In this document: piece by piece, positions 1 through 19,025 of the stretch
Layout of the letters: the number at the start of each line of letters is the position of its first letter
How positions within the stretch are numbered: position 1 is the stretch's first letter
Source: Bugula neritina
Lineage: Eukaryota > Animalia > Bryozoa
DNA length: 64,000 bases
Assembly (NCBI GenBank): GCA_964035545.1
Contig: OZ037769.1
Location: 8,909,929-8,973,928 of the forward strand
Direction of reading: 5' to 3'
Program-made: the position numbers and the translations under genes
Notes under the pieces: generated by a model
Database searches by the model: none
What the model was told of the DNA's origin: nothing
What the model saw: the letters and a program-made list of their open reading frames with translations, nothing else

Positions 1-1517
<1,517 letters not shown>

Positions 1518-3787
1518 CTAGAACTCCACCACTAGGTGTCTACAAGGCAATTCTAATTCATCATAGATCTATAATTCAGAACATACATTATTACTCTGGT
1601 GCTACTTTTAATCATCTAAATAGCAAAGTTTACATATACTAACGCTGTAATGGTTCACTTCTTTACTACACTTTAGATATATTGTATATGTAAGACTCCC
1701 TACTATTTCTAACAATAGAAAATAAGCTGTTCATTTGAAGTGTGTTTAGTATAGCCCTGATAAGCAATTGATACTGCAGAATTATCATAATAGTCATTGT
1801 ATGGTGGGTTGTATTAGTTCTAGACTATATGAAACTTACAATGCTGCCGCAGACAGCAGTTGTATAGTTGTCAAGGTCACCATTCATTTGTGTATTCTAT
1901 GTGGAGAGTTTATATGTCTGTTGTTTATAGCACTGCTTTATCATTTACACATAGTCACCTTCTAGCTGCTTACTTCATGAAATGACTATTTTAAAAATCA
2001 ATTTACAACACTTATATATTATTAACTTATTTATAAAATGTTTGATATTATTTATTTTTCTTGTACCAAGATCTGAAAACTGCTACTACGAGTATTTATT
2101 TCATTGTATTTATTTATTTGTGCACAAAATCACTGTTATTTCGTGCTTAAGCTGTATTACATAATTTTCCAATTTTTTTACTTCCTCTTTTTACTGTATA
2201 TACTATTTCGCACTACAAACTGTATATATTTTTGTTTCTTTAAACAGATTGATGCGTGCAACTACCAATAATAATTAGACTCGTATCTGTAAACCTTGCC
2301 ACTGTTCCATGTTATATGATATGTTGATAGTGACTCATCTACAGGTTGTGCTGCCTACTCTATACAGCTGCCACAATACTGTCAGCTGCAGACATGCTAT
2401 TCTTCAGAACTGTTTCAAACAATGTTCATCCAATTGATAACCTTTTTAAGCAGATCCTATTCTAGCTATATGTTATATTGGTTGAACACAGCTGTCTTTA
2501 TCATTGTTTCCAATTCATTCATATGAAAAGTTTTTTTAATTATGGAGGAGTAAAGACTTGGGCATGTTGCATTTTAGAAAGCCTTTTTTTCTATAAACAA
2601 AAGTATTTTACACATTTGAGCTACTGTCTAGTTCATCAGGTTATCTTTTCATTAACATCTCTTTATAATGTGGTTCTATTTGCGTTAACAAGCTACTCTC
2701 AAAATGGAGAACTTTTACTGTCTACCTATGAACATTTAAAAGTGCACTGAAAACTCCAAATTTTCTTTTCAATTAATCTAAGAATCTCATGAGTCTGCAA
2801 TGGATAAACATACAGTTGCTATTGCATATTTATTCATAATTAAACAACAGCAACACACCCACTGATACAAGTGAGTTTCCACCTGCTTCAGCTTGTCATC
2901 TGCTTGACAGCTACTCATAAATCTCCAGTCAACTTGGACTCTATCAGCTCTAAAAACACAAACAAGCCCATCATAATTTATAATTTTATATAACATTTAA
3001 CTATAATTTTGTCACATAATCTGTTTACTAGTCACTTCACATATAAATAAACCTCTTGCACATTGTAATGTAGATGCATACATGCATGCAATTTGTATTG
3101 TCCCAGTATATTTGTGTTGAAGTATGTTTTAATAAGTATTCATTGAAACTGTAACCTACAGCTGGCATAATAGAAGCACAAGAGTCTTATGCACTAAAAC
3201 ATTATGCTTAGATACCCTTAGAACATAAAACAATCTACTCAAGTTGAGTCTTGGGATTTCCATAGTTATCCAATCACACGCCAGCTATTAAGTCAACAAC
3301 CAATAAATACATTGTAAGTAATCCAACGCATGCAGCCTGGTAACAAGTAAACAAAGTCTGATATGAAATGTAATATAGATTAAAGAGCTGAGCAGTAGGC
3401 AGTAGGGCTTCTCACACAAAGGTTTTTAGTCTACCTGCTGAGGAGCTCTAGGCTACTCTTCCCACACCTTCTGCACACCTTCCTTTCCTTGGTCAGTACA
3501 TTTACTTAGTCCCGTAGTAGCTGATCCAACATTTGCAAGTTGGCTATCTTTACTCAAGTAATGTAGCTAACATTTGAGAGTTAGTAGTCAAATTTGATAT
3601 AACCTTGGTATATGAAAGTTATTATATACTTAGTTCAAGGATTTTGCATTTTTGTGTATTAATCTTGTGTCATATGATAGTAGGATATGCGTTATTTGCC
3701 CATGTAATATGTAATATCACATGCATTTCTGTGTTAATATGTTACTGTGAAATTTATAGAGATTCTGTGTTGGGTTACTGACTACTA

Positions 3788-6884
<3,097 letters not shown>

Positions 6885-8671
6885 AATTTGTTCATATTAT
6901 AAGTTTCATGGTTATAAATGTATTGTGAGCCATTAGTTTGTTTCGAACGCCCGAACTTATAGTAAATACAAACATCATAAAAATTTCCTCTGCATATCTT
7001 TGTAGCTAAAATTACTTGAATATTAGAAAAAAAACATTTTACCTACTCTGACATCATTATATAACTATAGTAAATCAACTTTACTAGTTATATAAATTGG
7101 TTCAAATATTGGTAACTAAGCAATATATAGTATAAAAATATTTTGTAACCTAAAATCAATTATTCACGATTACATAGAGACTGAAGAAACAGGCTGCACG
7201 GCTGATTCATCATTACTAGCCAAACAAGTCAATACCGGGTCACTTCTTATCATGCATTATTCTGAGTTAACACCGGCAGCAGTATAATATGCTGTCACAA
7301 CAATGTACCCATGGGTACACGTATTGGCTGCACACACACCATTGTTTTCCTCATATCACCCTTTTGATAACCTGCATGTTTCCTATGCTCTCAAGGCATG
7401 TAATGTTGGAACTAAAACAACAAAACTGTAATATAGAGCTTTGTTCAGAGAACAATTATAATTATTGCTTTCAGCTGCTGTTATTCAGTATTTGCATTTC
7501 ATTAAGTAGAAAGGGACAAGTCTTGTATATTTTTGTAAGCTTTTCTATAGATTTATTCACTTAATATTGCACTGAAATTAAATTTTGGATGCAGGCTGAC
7601 TAAAAAGTTTGGATGATGTTATTTTTTTAGTTGAGTAAAATTTCAACAAGGCTGTTATAAAAATCGATCCATTGTATGTTGCTGCATGGAAATTATAGAT
7701 TCCTATGATGTCATACGTTGTTTATCAGTGATGATGCATTGTTTACATACTCATGTTACTATAAGTGTTGGTTGCTTTAAACAAATTTCATTACAGTAAT
7801 ACATTAAAAATGTAATCATTATGGCTTATTTTCTATTTCATCTTTTTTCTCCAAATAGATCGCAGTAATTTAATGTTGTTTGGGAATAAAAATAGAAGTT
7901 CTCTAAATAATGTATAAAACACTTTTGGTAAATGGTCAAGTAGCGTGTATAGTGAAACAATTTCGTGATATATCATAATCATACCATATTGATGAGCTGT
8001 AATTGATTTTATACGGCAGATAACAGATAGAATGATAACACTGCTGGGCTGCTATTTTTTTATTTCTTGAATTTATTTGAGAATAATTTACAGCAATGCC
8101 CATTACCTTCAAATCCTGCTAGTTATAGACCTTTTATATACTTGATAATTCTGGTTTTCACTTTTCTACCTGAAAAAGTGTTACTTCTTTGCAAATATGC
8201 GATCGGCATAATTTCTATGTTCACTAGGTGAACATATTTTATGGAATGTGACAAAATATAGCTGACTGATAAGATGACAACTTCAAATTACAAGCAAATA
8301 CACTCAGTCCTTGCACACACTTTAGCGGAGCTTCCAAGTTTCTATTTTAACAAATTCATGGCCTCCATGCCATAGATTTGTTGATGATATCATATTATAT
8401 AAAACCATTCATTGGCTTCAGTTGTTTGCGTGACTTCAAAAAATGAAACCTAGAGCTACCATGTATAACATTCAATACTATGGATTATCATAAAATTGCA
8501 AATATTGTAAACATATTATACAAATCAATAAAGATGATCATCATTTAGCACAGACTATAAAATAAATCATATTGGGGATAAATTGCTATAAAAATTATGC
8601 TTACTTGTTCTTGGGTTTTAAGGCTACGGTTATTTATGTGGTGTTGTAAATTCTACAAAATCTCTTATAAT

Positions 8672-8760
8672 GTAGTGGGTAGATAGTGGGTAGATAGTGG
8701 GTAGCACACCGACATGCAAATTAAAAGTCTGAGGTTCGAGTTATAATGCAAGCTCTTTCA
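8672..8760 (+). mobile_element. Degenerate tRNA-derived SINE head
   Basis: A-box-like gtagtgggtag (locally triplicated) and B-box-like gaggttcgag. Confidence 0.35.
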
Positions 8761-10994
8761 GTCGTGAGTGTGGTGTGATGTGGCTCCTAAGGGAATGAAG
8801 GGCTGATGGAACCTATGAACCGACAGAGTAACAAAAGGGCCAGCGAAGGTCTGAATAATTGGGTAGAATGTAATGCTGTTATTGCCCAGTAACCCCTATA
8901 GTGTAATGGGTGGCATGATATTTTACAGTTCTGCCTGCTATTAAAACTCTAGCACACAGATTGTTTTTAGTGCCCCATTGACATAGTCATATAGCAGCAA
9001 ATAGCAAAATGCATGAGCTGTAGATACTAAGACTATTACCACGCTGAGGGCGTTTTCATGAATAACACGCTGCTTTACACCATGTCAACACTTTGCATGT
9101 TTATCAGACTTTTCAAAACTGACATATTTTGATTGGCTCAGCAGTTTTGAGATTACCTAATTTTTTTTGCAAAAGAACCTTATTCCTTGCCAGCATTTGC
9201 TGTGTAAACTCAATTTACCAAGGGTAAAAATGTTCTTGATTTTTATTAGACAAATAAAATTTTGCAGCAAGAAAACATCCATATTAAAAATGGAACAGTC
9301 TTGATGTGTACGTTTGCATTTGTGGTGGTTGATTTCAGCATCTGTGTTGATGACTGAGAAGTTCCTGTGTGAGCATACCTCTACCCTCTGACTAACCTAA
9401 CGGCTTGTATATTGTATTACAATATGAACTGTTTTGAAAGTCTCAGCTCAAGCGAGTGGCATTCAAATGTAAACAGTGTTACAATGCTGCCTTTCAAAGG
9501 GCAGCATTACCTGGTCAATGAATAGTCAATATGGTAACAAAAGCTTGCCTGATTATAGGTCTGCATCAATATCTGATAGCAAATATTCAAGGACTAAATA
9601 ATATTAGAAATGCACTTGATCAATATTACACAATAGAGTTTTATGTAATAATGAAATTGAGTCTTTGGTGTGCACTGCTTTTAGAAAAAGCTTACAAATC
9701 TGCTGGGGCTACCTGAGAACTGATTCTACACAGTATCAGATATAATCAAATGTAGTCAAATGCCTTTTACAAGGGTTAGAATAAGATATCATCTACAGTG
9801 TGTAGACTGTAGAGGGAACATTTCAGGATTAGTTATTATTGGAAACATTTCGCAAGCCTACATTGTTATTATAACCATATATACATATGTATTTTTATAG
9901 GTGATGGACTAATAGTTAATTGTAGTGCTAAATCAATGCATACACCCATACATGTATGACAGTAATTTAATCCTCACCAATCCTCATCTAACTCCGCTCG
10001 ATCTGACCTGTTCGGATAGTGGGATATGTAGGTAATTTAATGTTTAGACTATAATATACACGCTGTGAAGTCTATGATCCATTACAAGTATTGTTTCATA
10101 AACTTACCTGCAATGTGCAGGTAGAATAACTCATCCTGTACACACTAGACCACATCTGAGTGGTTGGAAGAAATTACAAATGGCTGTCAATTTTGTACAT
10201 ACATCCTAATTGAGTCTTAGTTCCTATTTCTCCACTTCTGTTAAAACATTTTTGAACTCACTTAAGTGTCGTTTCAAAATTCCATGCAACATCACATGGT
10301 CATTACATATAGCAGACGGTGCTTGCTATATAGAGCTTATATCGATTTGTCATTTCTTATGAATAAAATGAATATTTTAATTTATTACATTTATTTGACT
10401 TCTTTCAACATAAGCTGAAATCATATGAGAGGATATTACACAGAGAAGGCAGTTTCAAAGGCCAATCAGCACGTAAAAATGCTGCAGCTAGGTCAGGCAC
10501 TGGTTATGTTATGCATATGGCTCTACTTTCTTGCCATTCTTCATAGATAATTTAATAGACGTACTGGTTTTCATCATATATGCAATTTTGGCAGTTGTGG
10601 CTTTGCATTGCTTTGTATATTAAATTTAGCAGTGGCTTATGGTGATCATTTGAAAATTACAAATAATTTTTATAGAACAATGCGCTTGTTCTGAAAGTGC
10701 TAGCTTTACACACAACTCTCTTCTCTGCTGTATTGTTTAATTAATAGGAACGGTTGATCACACGAAATTAAAATTGAGAAATGTTTCAACAGTAAACAAT
10801 AGCTTTTAGTAGACCTACTCAGACATACAACTACATTTAGCAATTTATAAAATCTACAGCTATAATTTATGCTTTAACCCATAGTGTTGTTAGATGTACA
10901 TGCATACAGTATAGATGAAAAAGTTGTAATATTTGGTGTGTATAGACAGCTATAGGATAACCAACTGCAAGTTGTGTGATTGTGTGTCACAATT

Positions 10995-11296
10995 TTATAG
11001 GCAAAAATGGCACGGTAAAAATTTGGCTTAGGTAATAATGGTACAGGCAATAATGGCACAAATGGAAAAGTAGATAAAATGGCACACTGATGTTAAATTT
11101 ACCCAAATCCCAGACCGCCAACCCCAAACCCCAAACCTTATAAACCCCAGACCCAAACCAAACCTCCACACTCATACCCAAACCCATAACCTCAATATTG
11201 AAAATTACCTGTGCGGCTGTGCCATTATTAACTGTGCCACTTTTATTTGTGCCATTTTTACCTGTGCCATTTTTACCTGCATGTACCCTTTTTACC
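10995..11296. mobile_element. Non-autonomous foldback/MITE, copy 1
   Basis: Arms of ~15-bp ggtaaaaatggcaca subrepeats in inverted orientation around an aacccc-rich core; reverse-complement match to 13629-13996. Confidence 0.8.
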
Positions 11297-12420
11297 ACAA
11301 TTGTCTGTCTCAACAATACAGGTAGTGCAGTGCATGAAGCAGTGAGCTCATTTGCCTACTGCAGAAATATATTGCTTTAGCATGCACTGAGTAAAAGACT
11401 ATGCTCTGTAAATGCTTGCTTGTAACTTTATAAATGCAGTGAAGCTAAAAATTATTACTGCCCATCGAGTTAAACAAATTAATACCTCTTAATTTCCTTA
11501 TGACAGACTGCAAAAACTAAATAAAGACAACATTTAAATGATATATATTGCTCATTTTAGTACAGATGTATGTAGAGTTAAAATACGGCCTAATTAAGTG
11601 ACAATGCATACTTACAGTTAAATTAGACGGTACATTTTTATGAGCTAACTGACACTTTGCAGTGTAGCCTGCAGTTTGTACAGCTACATGCAGAGTTACT
11701 CTGCAACATATTATTCTTGAAGAGTCAAAAGTGCTGACAGGTTTTATTAATTTAATAATTTGTAGAAAATTTATGACAGCCAAAAATTAATACAATGCAG
11801 TAATCACTTTAGAAATCTGTGCAGTTTATCAAACTTGTCATCTTCTGGATGGTAGAATGTAGACGTACATTGGAAGAGAAAGTTCCAGCCAGTCATAAAT
11901 TAATAGTAAGTCTGCTATTGCGGCTTAAGAATAATGCTCCCTGTATGTTTTTTGACAAAATATTTTAAAGACCTTTTGATAAATTTTACAATTATAATTG
12001 ATTTTGAGACAAAAAGATACGACCCAATTACTCCAAGGGTTTAGTATACGTATGAAAAATAGTTCCAAGTAGGCTAGTACTGGTAAGTTTCAATTCATTG
12101 AAAAACCAATGTAAAATACCATGTAAGCAACTAATAGCTGTATAAGCCTAAAAATGATTAGTTTGTTATTATTATTTCTTAACAGACATTTGCTAAGAGT
12201 TTTGAGGCAATAAATTGGTACTTCATGAAGATTCGATCCAAGTTTTCAGCTGAAAAGATTATTATTTAGGATTTGTCTATTCATGAAAGCAACTTGTCGT
12301 TGACTATGGCGATACATAAAATCAATCGCCAATATCAATTTTATTCCGATGCTTAAATTAAAATATATTAACAGTCGCTTGACAGCAAGTGCACCTGTAA
12401 CTTGTAAATCACTTTTCAAA

Positions 12421-15400
12421 ATGTTGTGTTCAATATCCGGTGCCAAATTATTTTTTCTCTGCTTTTCATTGAGCACATTTTGCTCAAAAATACAAATTGC
12501 AGCCGCCAAGCTTTCAGTCATTGAAATAAACGGAAGCAATTCTAATGAAATTTTCACTGGAGAATGGATGGTTATGTTGTAAGTTAAAATTTATTAGTTT
12601 ACTACAAATGATAATGTTACGTTTCAGTGACTCACAACTCTCAACTGAGAGTGACGGTGACAAATCAACCTGACAACTCACGCTGACAACTCATACTAAT
12701 ACTGACAGTGGCACCACCACCAGCTGTATTGCGCTGCTGAGTGACAAAGCTCACGGGTTTAAAACTCATGTTGAATTTTGAACTTGTGAGTACAGTTTTT
12801 GCACGAGTCACTGAAAGTGAATGAGAATCTATGGAATTGGATGGCTGATTAGATTAGTGAAGTGATTATACTTATAGTTATTACTTATTAATATTAAGAC
12901 TAAGTATTGGTATAACATTAACTAGTGGTATTAGTACTAGTAGTACTACAACTAATACCTAGACCCCAGAGCTGGCTAGGGCTAGTCTTATAAACTTAAA
13001 GTTATATACTAATAATAATAGTATAGTTGTTAACTCTTATAGTTGCAGTTATAATTATAATTATTAAGTTACTGTTAGTTATGGACTATAGTATTAGTAT
13101 AACTATAAGTATTACCATTACTATATCAGTATACTATCACAGTATAAGTTTGAGTATAACTATAAGTACAAGTATTAGTTATAGTATAAATTTAGACTTG
13201 TTATACTTATAGTTAAACTTTAACTTACAGTATAACATTACCTATAGTCTTAGTCTATAAGTATAACTAAAGTTATACTTATATTAGTATTACTATTAGT
13301 ATTAACATATGACTATATTATAATTATAAATATAAAACTTACTATATTTGTAGCTTATTAGTTCTTAACTATAAGTATTACTATTAGTACACACTCATAC
13401 TGTATAGCATTAATTTTAAATTCAATAATTTTCATTCCCGATTTAAATTTTAGTTATTACAACTGCACTTACTCTTAGTTTTACTAACCAATACTTGCAG
13501 TTTGAGTTACTTGTAGTCATCAAGATTGACAGTCATTACTTATTAGTCATTGCTGGTACTCATACATTTACAGTAATAGTGACTACTCATGGGTATTAGT
13601 ATGACATTGAATTTGACTATAGCATAGGATGTCTGGTAAAAATGGCACCGCTTAAAGTGGCACAGGTAAAAATGGCAAAGATAATAATGGCACAGTTAAT
13701 AATGGCACAAATAGCAAAGTAGGTAAAAATGGCACATTTTCAATATTAGGGTTTGGGGTTGGGTGTTTGGGATAGGGGTTTAGGTTTGGAAATGGGGGTT
13801 TGAGTTTGGGATTTAAATGTTGCGGGTTTGAGTTTGGGATTTAAGGGGTGAGGGTTTGAGTTTGGGGTTTGGGAAAATTTAACATCAGTGTGCCATTTTT
13901 TTCTACTTTTCCATTTGTGCCCTCATTACTTGTGCCATTTTTACCACGCCATTTTTACCTGTGCTATTTTTACTGGTGCCATTTTTACCTAAAATAATAG
14001 CATAGGTATGAGCATGACTGAGTATCAGTGTACTCATATTTAATCTTATACTAACCCCATCACTTCACTTTACTATACGGTTTCAACCCAGATAGATGCT
14101 TCCTAGTTAGACGATTCCCACTTAGACGCTTCCCACATGAACACTTCTCAGTTAGACGATATTTTTTGTTTTGTTACAACATATAGTAATATACCTATAT
14201 AGCTGTTGTATTGATTGCTAAACATGAGATAATAGTTAATATGAATTATCTGGAATAATATTCCAATGTTTACAGATTTGTGTGGAACAGAAAAACATTA
14301 ATACATTAATAATAGACATTATCTTAATTGAATACTTATTAATGAAATATTTTTTCAAACAACAAAAAGTATAGGAAATGCAAAATTAACAAGATAATGC
14401 AGATCAAAGGACTTTATTTCAAAATTAAAAAAAATCTAAAAATGCCAAAGTAAACATATATTTAAGTGATATTCAAATAAATTGCACACAAGATACATAT
14501 ATTGGTACCAAAATAAATAGCGTCTAACTGGGAAACGTTCACTTGGGAAGCGTCTAAGTGGAAAATTTAGCCTGGCGTCTAACTGAGAAGTGTCTATCTG
14601 GAATGACACCTACTACTATTACCTATAGATTCAAACAGATTCAAACAGATTCAAACAAACCTTTACCCACATCAATAGTCTTAATCTTATGCTGTTGCTC
14701 ACTCGAAGCCATAGCATTAGAGTGGTAGTAACTGCAAGTTTTAAATCCTTTTTTTCAGTACTTTGTTCCATAATTTGTTATTGTTATTTTTTAAATTCTC
14801 ATTTTATAGTATCACAGAGGTAATTTAATGAAGTAAATATTATTAATTAACACTAATATGTAGCATTTAATTCATACTACAAAGTATGTGGTATATAGTA
14901 GTAGTATATACTATCTAGTATGGTTATATTATTAGCTATGCACACTGGTGCCCTGCCTGTCAGAGCTTGAAGCCAACATGGGAATCATTTGCAAAGCAGT
15001 GGAGTGAAGATTTGTCAATCTCAGTTGGTGCAGTTGATATAAATAAAAATTCTGGTAGGTCATTTTATTCTTGAATTCTGGTGGCTTAGAATGTGTTCAG
15101 TTGGATTGTGAGGTATAAACTACGTAGGTGTTAACCCATTTCTTTTAGTCATAATCATTAATATGAACATAAAGCATATTTCATTACTTTCTACCTATTA
15201 TGCTGATTTAAAGATTAGTTTTTTTTGCTGTAAAGTTTTACTAAAAGCATTTTACCAACTTTTATCTTGATATTACTTTATGCTATACTAAAATGTAGGT
15301 GACATATTAATTAAAAAAATAATTAGCTGAATCACAGTTAGCTAAATTATACAAAATCCCTATGAAATATGATGGTTTTGTAGATCTGAGCGGACAATTC

Positions 15401-18400
15401 CTTGTCTTTCAGTTGCCAACAATATTTCAGTAAGTGAGCTTGAATTATGTTACATTTTTGTAGTATATAGTTAACGTAACCTAACTTAGCACAGTTATTA
15501 GTAATTTCACGCAGTAAATATACAACTTCTGTTATCAATTTCAAGCTTGTGGAAGCTGAGCATTATGTGATGTAGAATGTGCAGTTATTTGGTTTAGTGG
15601 TATAATTTTGAATCATTTCATATTTCCTTTACACAAAACTTAACAATAGAATAAGTGTTATTATTTTTGTCAACTTTTTCAGTGTAATTGTATTTCATAA
15701 AACTATGCATATATTTGGAAGCTTTTAAGAACTACTGCTTTGATAAATTACGCATTATAACAAAAATATCAATTAAATTAGCCATTGTAAAGTTTGACCA
15801 CTGCTTTGAAGTTTACTATACCTACTATATTGAATTATCAGTAAAGCTACACTATATGAACTATTTCATAGTGTGTGTGAGTAGGTGAATGTCATGGTAG
15901 ACATCTATTACAGCTGCATACAAAGTAATACATACTATTTAATGCTGTGTTATTGAATAGTCATACTTTGAATGTAAAGTAATGAAACCATCATGATACT
16001 ATCTTTAACTAATATGTGTCTACTAACCAATCCTCTTCAGAAGCCTAGACTGTCTTACAGAGTTTCATTTGTGACTACCATTAATTACTATTAGTTATGA
16101 TAACCTGTGTGCAAAATTCATAGATCATCATGTAGTTTTGAAAAAAAATCAAGTCACCGTTAATGGCAGTTTCGGCTCGATGTTTGATTACTCAAGTGTT
16201 ACAGTTGAGATAATTGTGTTTGGTTTTAGTATCAAAGATGGAGTTGTAAGACTATATACAAGGGCACGCTCCCAAGACGCTTTTGTCAACTGGGTAAATG
16301 ATGCTTCCTGGAAAACTATTGAACCAATTGAATGGTGGAAAAATCCCAACAGCATCCAGTAAGCATCTGTTGTAGGGCACTAAGTAGTTATGTTTGTCTT
16401 ATCAGAAGTTTGTAACAAAATGGAGTTTTACTTTTCAAATACTCATTGATATAAGGGTTTGGCACCAGTATGTGTGGTATATAATGCATACACATATATA
16501 CTATATGCAATATAGAAATAGATAAATGAGAAACGTTGTATTAATTTATTTATTTAAAAAACAAGGAAAGCTGATATTTGAGTACCATTGTATTTATCTT
16601 CAGAATTTGAATGGGGAATCTGAAGGTAAATACAGTGGTACTCAAATATCAGTTTGATTTATTTTAATATGAATAGAGTAATAACAAAATATGTTTATCT
16701 ATTTCTTATAAAATTACTAGCTGACATGGATGCATATATTTCCAATGCAATTTTATGTTTTGACCAGCAATAAAGCTTCCCCCTATTTGTGCAATATGTC
16801 AGAAATATTTTTTTCCAATTACTGATACAAATCATTAAGGGTTTTGCACCCTAACGTAGAAGACTTTCTATGTCAAATCCTAAGGCAATAGGAACCTGCG
16901 CTTCTCTTCTGAACACCTCACTAAGTTACTCAACTTGAGGTTTGTCTCCATCACTAACCAATTATTTACTGGCTATGAAATTATTGTGTTGTGCTCCTTT
17001 TGTAGTATGAAAGGTGTGGGCTACTTCTTCAAATTTGCTAATTTCATAAAGGTGAGTTGGTGTTTATTCTACATAACATATTATATTTTGCTTCAGTGAT
17101 GGGGTAATAATATTTTATTCACCAATGCTAAATATCTATTACTCACTTGTGCAAGTTTATAGTCATAATCCTTGTGAGAGACCCCTGTTGGAAGGTTTTA
17201 TTGCTAAATCGGACTAAAGACTTATTCAGATGAGGCACAGGAGCAATTTTGATTGGATGCTCTTCCTAACATCACCAATGGCCTTTGTCGGGGTTCGAAC
17301 CCATGACTTCGTGATTACTAGGCAAATGCTTTAACCCCTAGACCACAGCTGCTCCCTCGTTAAATATCTATCTACTGCGCTATTAGTACTGAATTCAACT
17401 CCTCAATGTTTAATCTGGTGAAGCTCAGAGCACTTGCTCCAGTGCAGCAGGTAGTCATTATTTGTAATGGAACTTAAAGCTGGTCATGAACTACCAGATG
17501 CTAGTTGGAGAATGCATGGTAAAGAATAGCTGGACTACTGCACGTATGCCATTATATTAAGACTAGACAATGTTAGCTACAAAAAAGTATTGTATTAAAT
17601 GTGACAAACATTAACATATTGGATTAAAGTTATATAACAAAGTCTCCTAGTATTTGAGTAGTACCTGTCACCAACCAACAAGATTCTTTGTAGATATCAT
17701 ATTGGATAATTTTGTATTGCATTATTCTATTGTAACAATTGGGATTAATGGTGCAGAAATCCTTTGTTCAAGTAATCCAAGTTGAATAATTATTACAGTT
17801 TTCTATGTATCTTTTTAGCGCATTTATTTCTTGTGTTATATTACTCTCTCTGTACACAGGATATACATGAACAGCTCACCGAGACGCATCAAATGCCCAC
17901 TTGGATTGTGTATGGATTGTTTGCTGTGGTGACCGTAGCAGTTGGTCTGCTACTCGGGATGGTCAGTATTCCTTGTCTTGGTGTTGGCTGACTGGCAATT
18001 GGCTACACTTTTTGTCAAAAAGATGAAACTTGTTTGAATTTTTCATATCCTACTAAACGCAGACTGCAATATTCTATAAAGAATTTATTTTATAATGAGT
18101 AGTAAATGAAGGTTCCTGAGCTGTGTATTCTAATGGTACTCATACTGTCTTATTAATGTCACTGCAGATGCTAGTAGTGATATGTGACTGCGTGTACCCC
18201 CCTAAACCACCAGTGATAGTTGACCAGAGACAGTACAGTAAAATAGAGATCGCCAAGACACCCATCAAAAGTCAAAACAAGGTATGCCTGGTAAAGTTAT
18301 AATACGTGCGATTGTTGGCATAAGCTCTAGAAGCAGTTACTGTTTGCAGGTATTTAAAATGAATTTGGTACAGCATTTTACAGTAAAAGAAGGCCATTAG

Positions 18401-18625
18401 TTTATCATGGATTTGAGTTAAAGTTTAAAGTTGTAAGGATAACTTATTTAGAGATTGACAAAGAAAGAGAAGGCAGCAGCAGCTGCTGCGGAAGCTCCTC
18501 CTGATGAATCACCATCTGAAAACAAAGAGGAAGCAGCAAACACTGATGAAGATGTGAGTGAAGCATCTACCAAGGAAGATAATGCTTCTAGCACAGTCAG
18601 GAAGCGTAAACCAAGAAAGGACTAA
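12421..18625 (+). CDS. TMX1: Thioredoxin-related transmembrane protein (TMX1-like). Exons 12421-12578, 14936-15054, 15384-15429, 16230-16358, 17006-17051, 17860-17961, 18168-18281, 18452-18625
   Basis: Signal peptide; GEWMVMF|YAHWCPACQSLKPTW (CPAC active site); LSGQFLVFQLPTIFH|IKDG; TM helix WIVYGLFAVVTVAVGLLLGMMLVVICDC; acidic tail ending RKRKPRKD. The start ATG could be 12349. Confidence 0.92.
13629..13996. mobile_element. Non-autonomous foldback/MITE, copy 2, with a probable target-site duplication
   Basis: Inverted ggtaaaaatggcac / gtgccatttttacc subrepeat arms around a gggttt-rich core; atagcatagg duplicated at 13619-13628 and 13997-14006. Confidence 0.85.
14079..14610. mobile_element. 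MITE with subrepeated terminal inverted repeats in TMX1 intron 1
   Basis: Left end ggtttcaacccagatagatgcttcctagttagacg versus right-end reverse complement ggtgtcattccagatagacacttctcagttagacg; AT-rich interior. Confidence 0.8.
16514..16706. repeat. Long palindrome (core 34-bp stem at 16571-16652) in a TMX1 intron
   Basis: ctgatatttgagtaccattgtatttatcttcaga ... tctgaaggtaaatacagtggtactcaaatatcag, with outer arms agaaatagataaa / tttatctatttct. Confidence 0.85.
17170..17356 (-). mobile_element. tRNA-derived SINE, copy 1
   Basis: Minus strand reads gggagcagctgtggtctaggggttaaagc...gggttcgaacccc (A and B boxes); homologous to 51612-51797. Confidence 0.85.
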
Positions 18626-19025
18626 AATATAGTTGTATTATGAATGTAGTTTTGCTAGCTTTGGGTTTTATTGTATTGTGTTGTAAAAATTTACATTGGC
18701 CCATTATAATAGACTATTAAAATGTTCATATGTTGTTCTATTCAATAAAAATTTTATTGAGCCATTTCCTCCTTGCCTTGGTTTTTGATATATAAGTTAA
18801 CATACTTGTTTATTGGCATATGTTTTCAATATTGTGGTAGTGATTTATTGCTACACTCAATACCAACATGGATACACAGCAATTTACATCATTGAAAAAT
18901 CTAGAAAATACGGCATTTATATTTGCATCATGTGAAGGAAGTTATTGCAAAAAAATAATCTGTTATGCTCATTTTAAATAGCTGCCGAAATTGTTAGCAG
19001 ATTAGTCTAGAACATGAAAGAATGG

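Noticed and set aside
9200-10210. Possible minus-strand exons between FoxJ1 and TMX1, one ending in a hydrophobic GPI-like tail
   Set aside because: Splice-like sites exist, but no phase-consistent gene model or recognisable protein could be assembled.
17280-17356. tRNA gene
   Set aside because: The tRNA-like head continues into a shared non-tRNA body also found at 51612-51797, so it is a SINE; the acceptor stem does not close.
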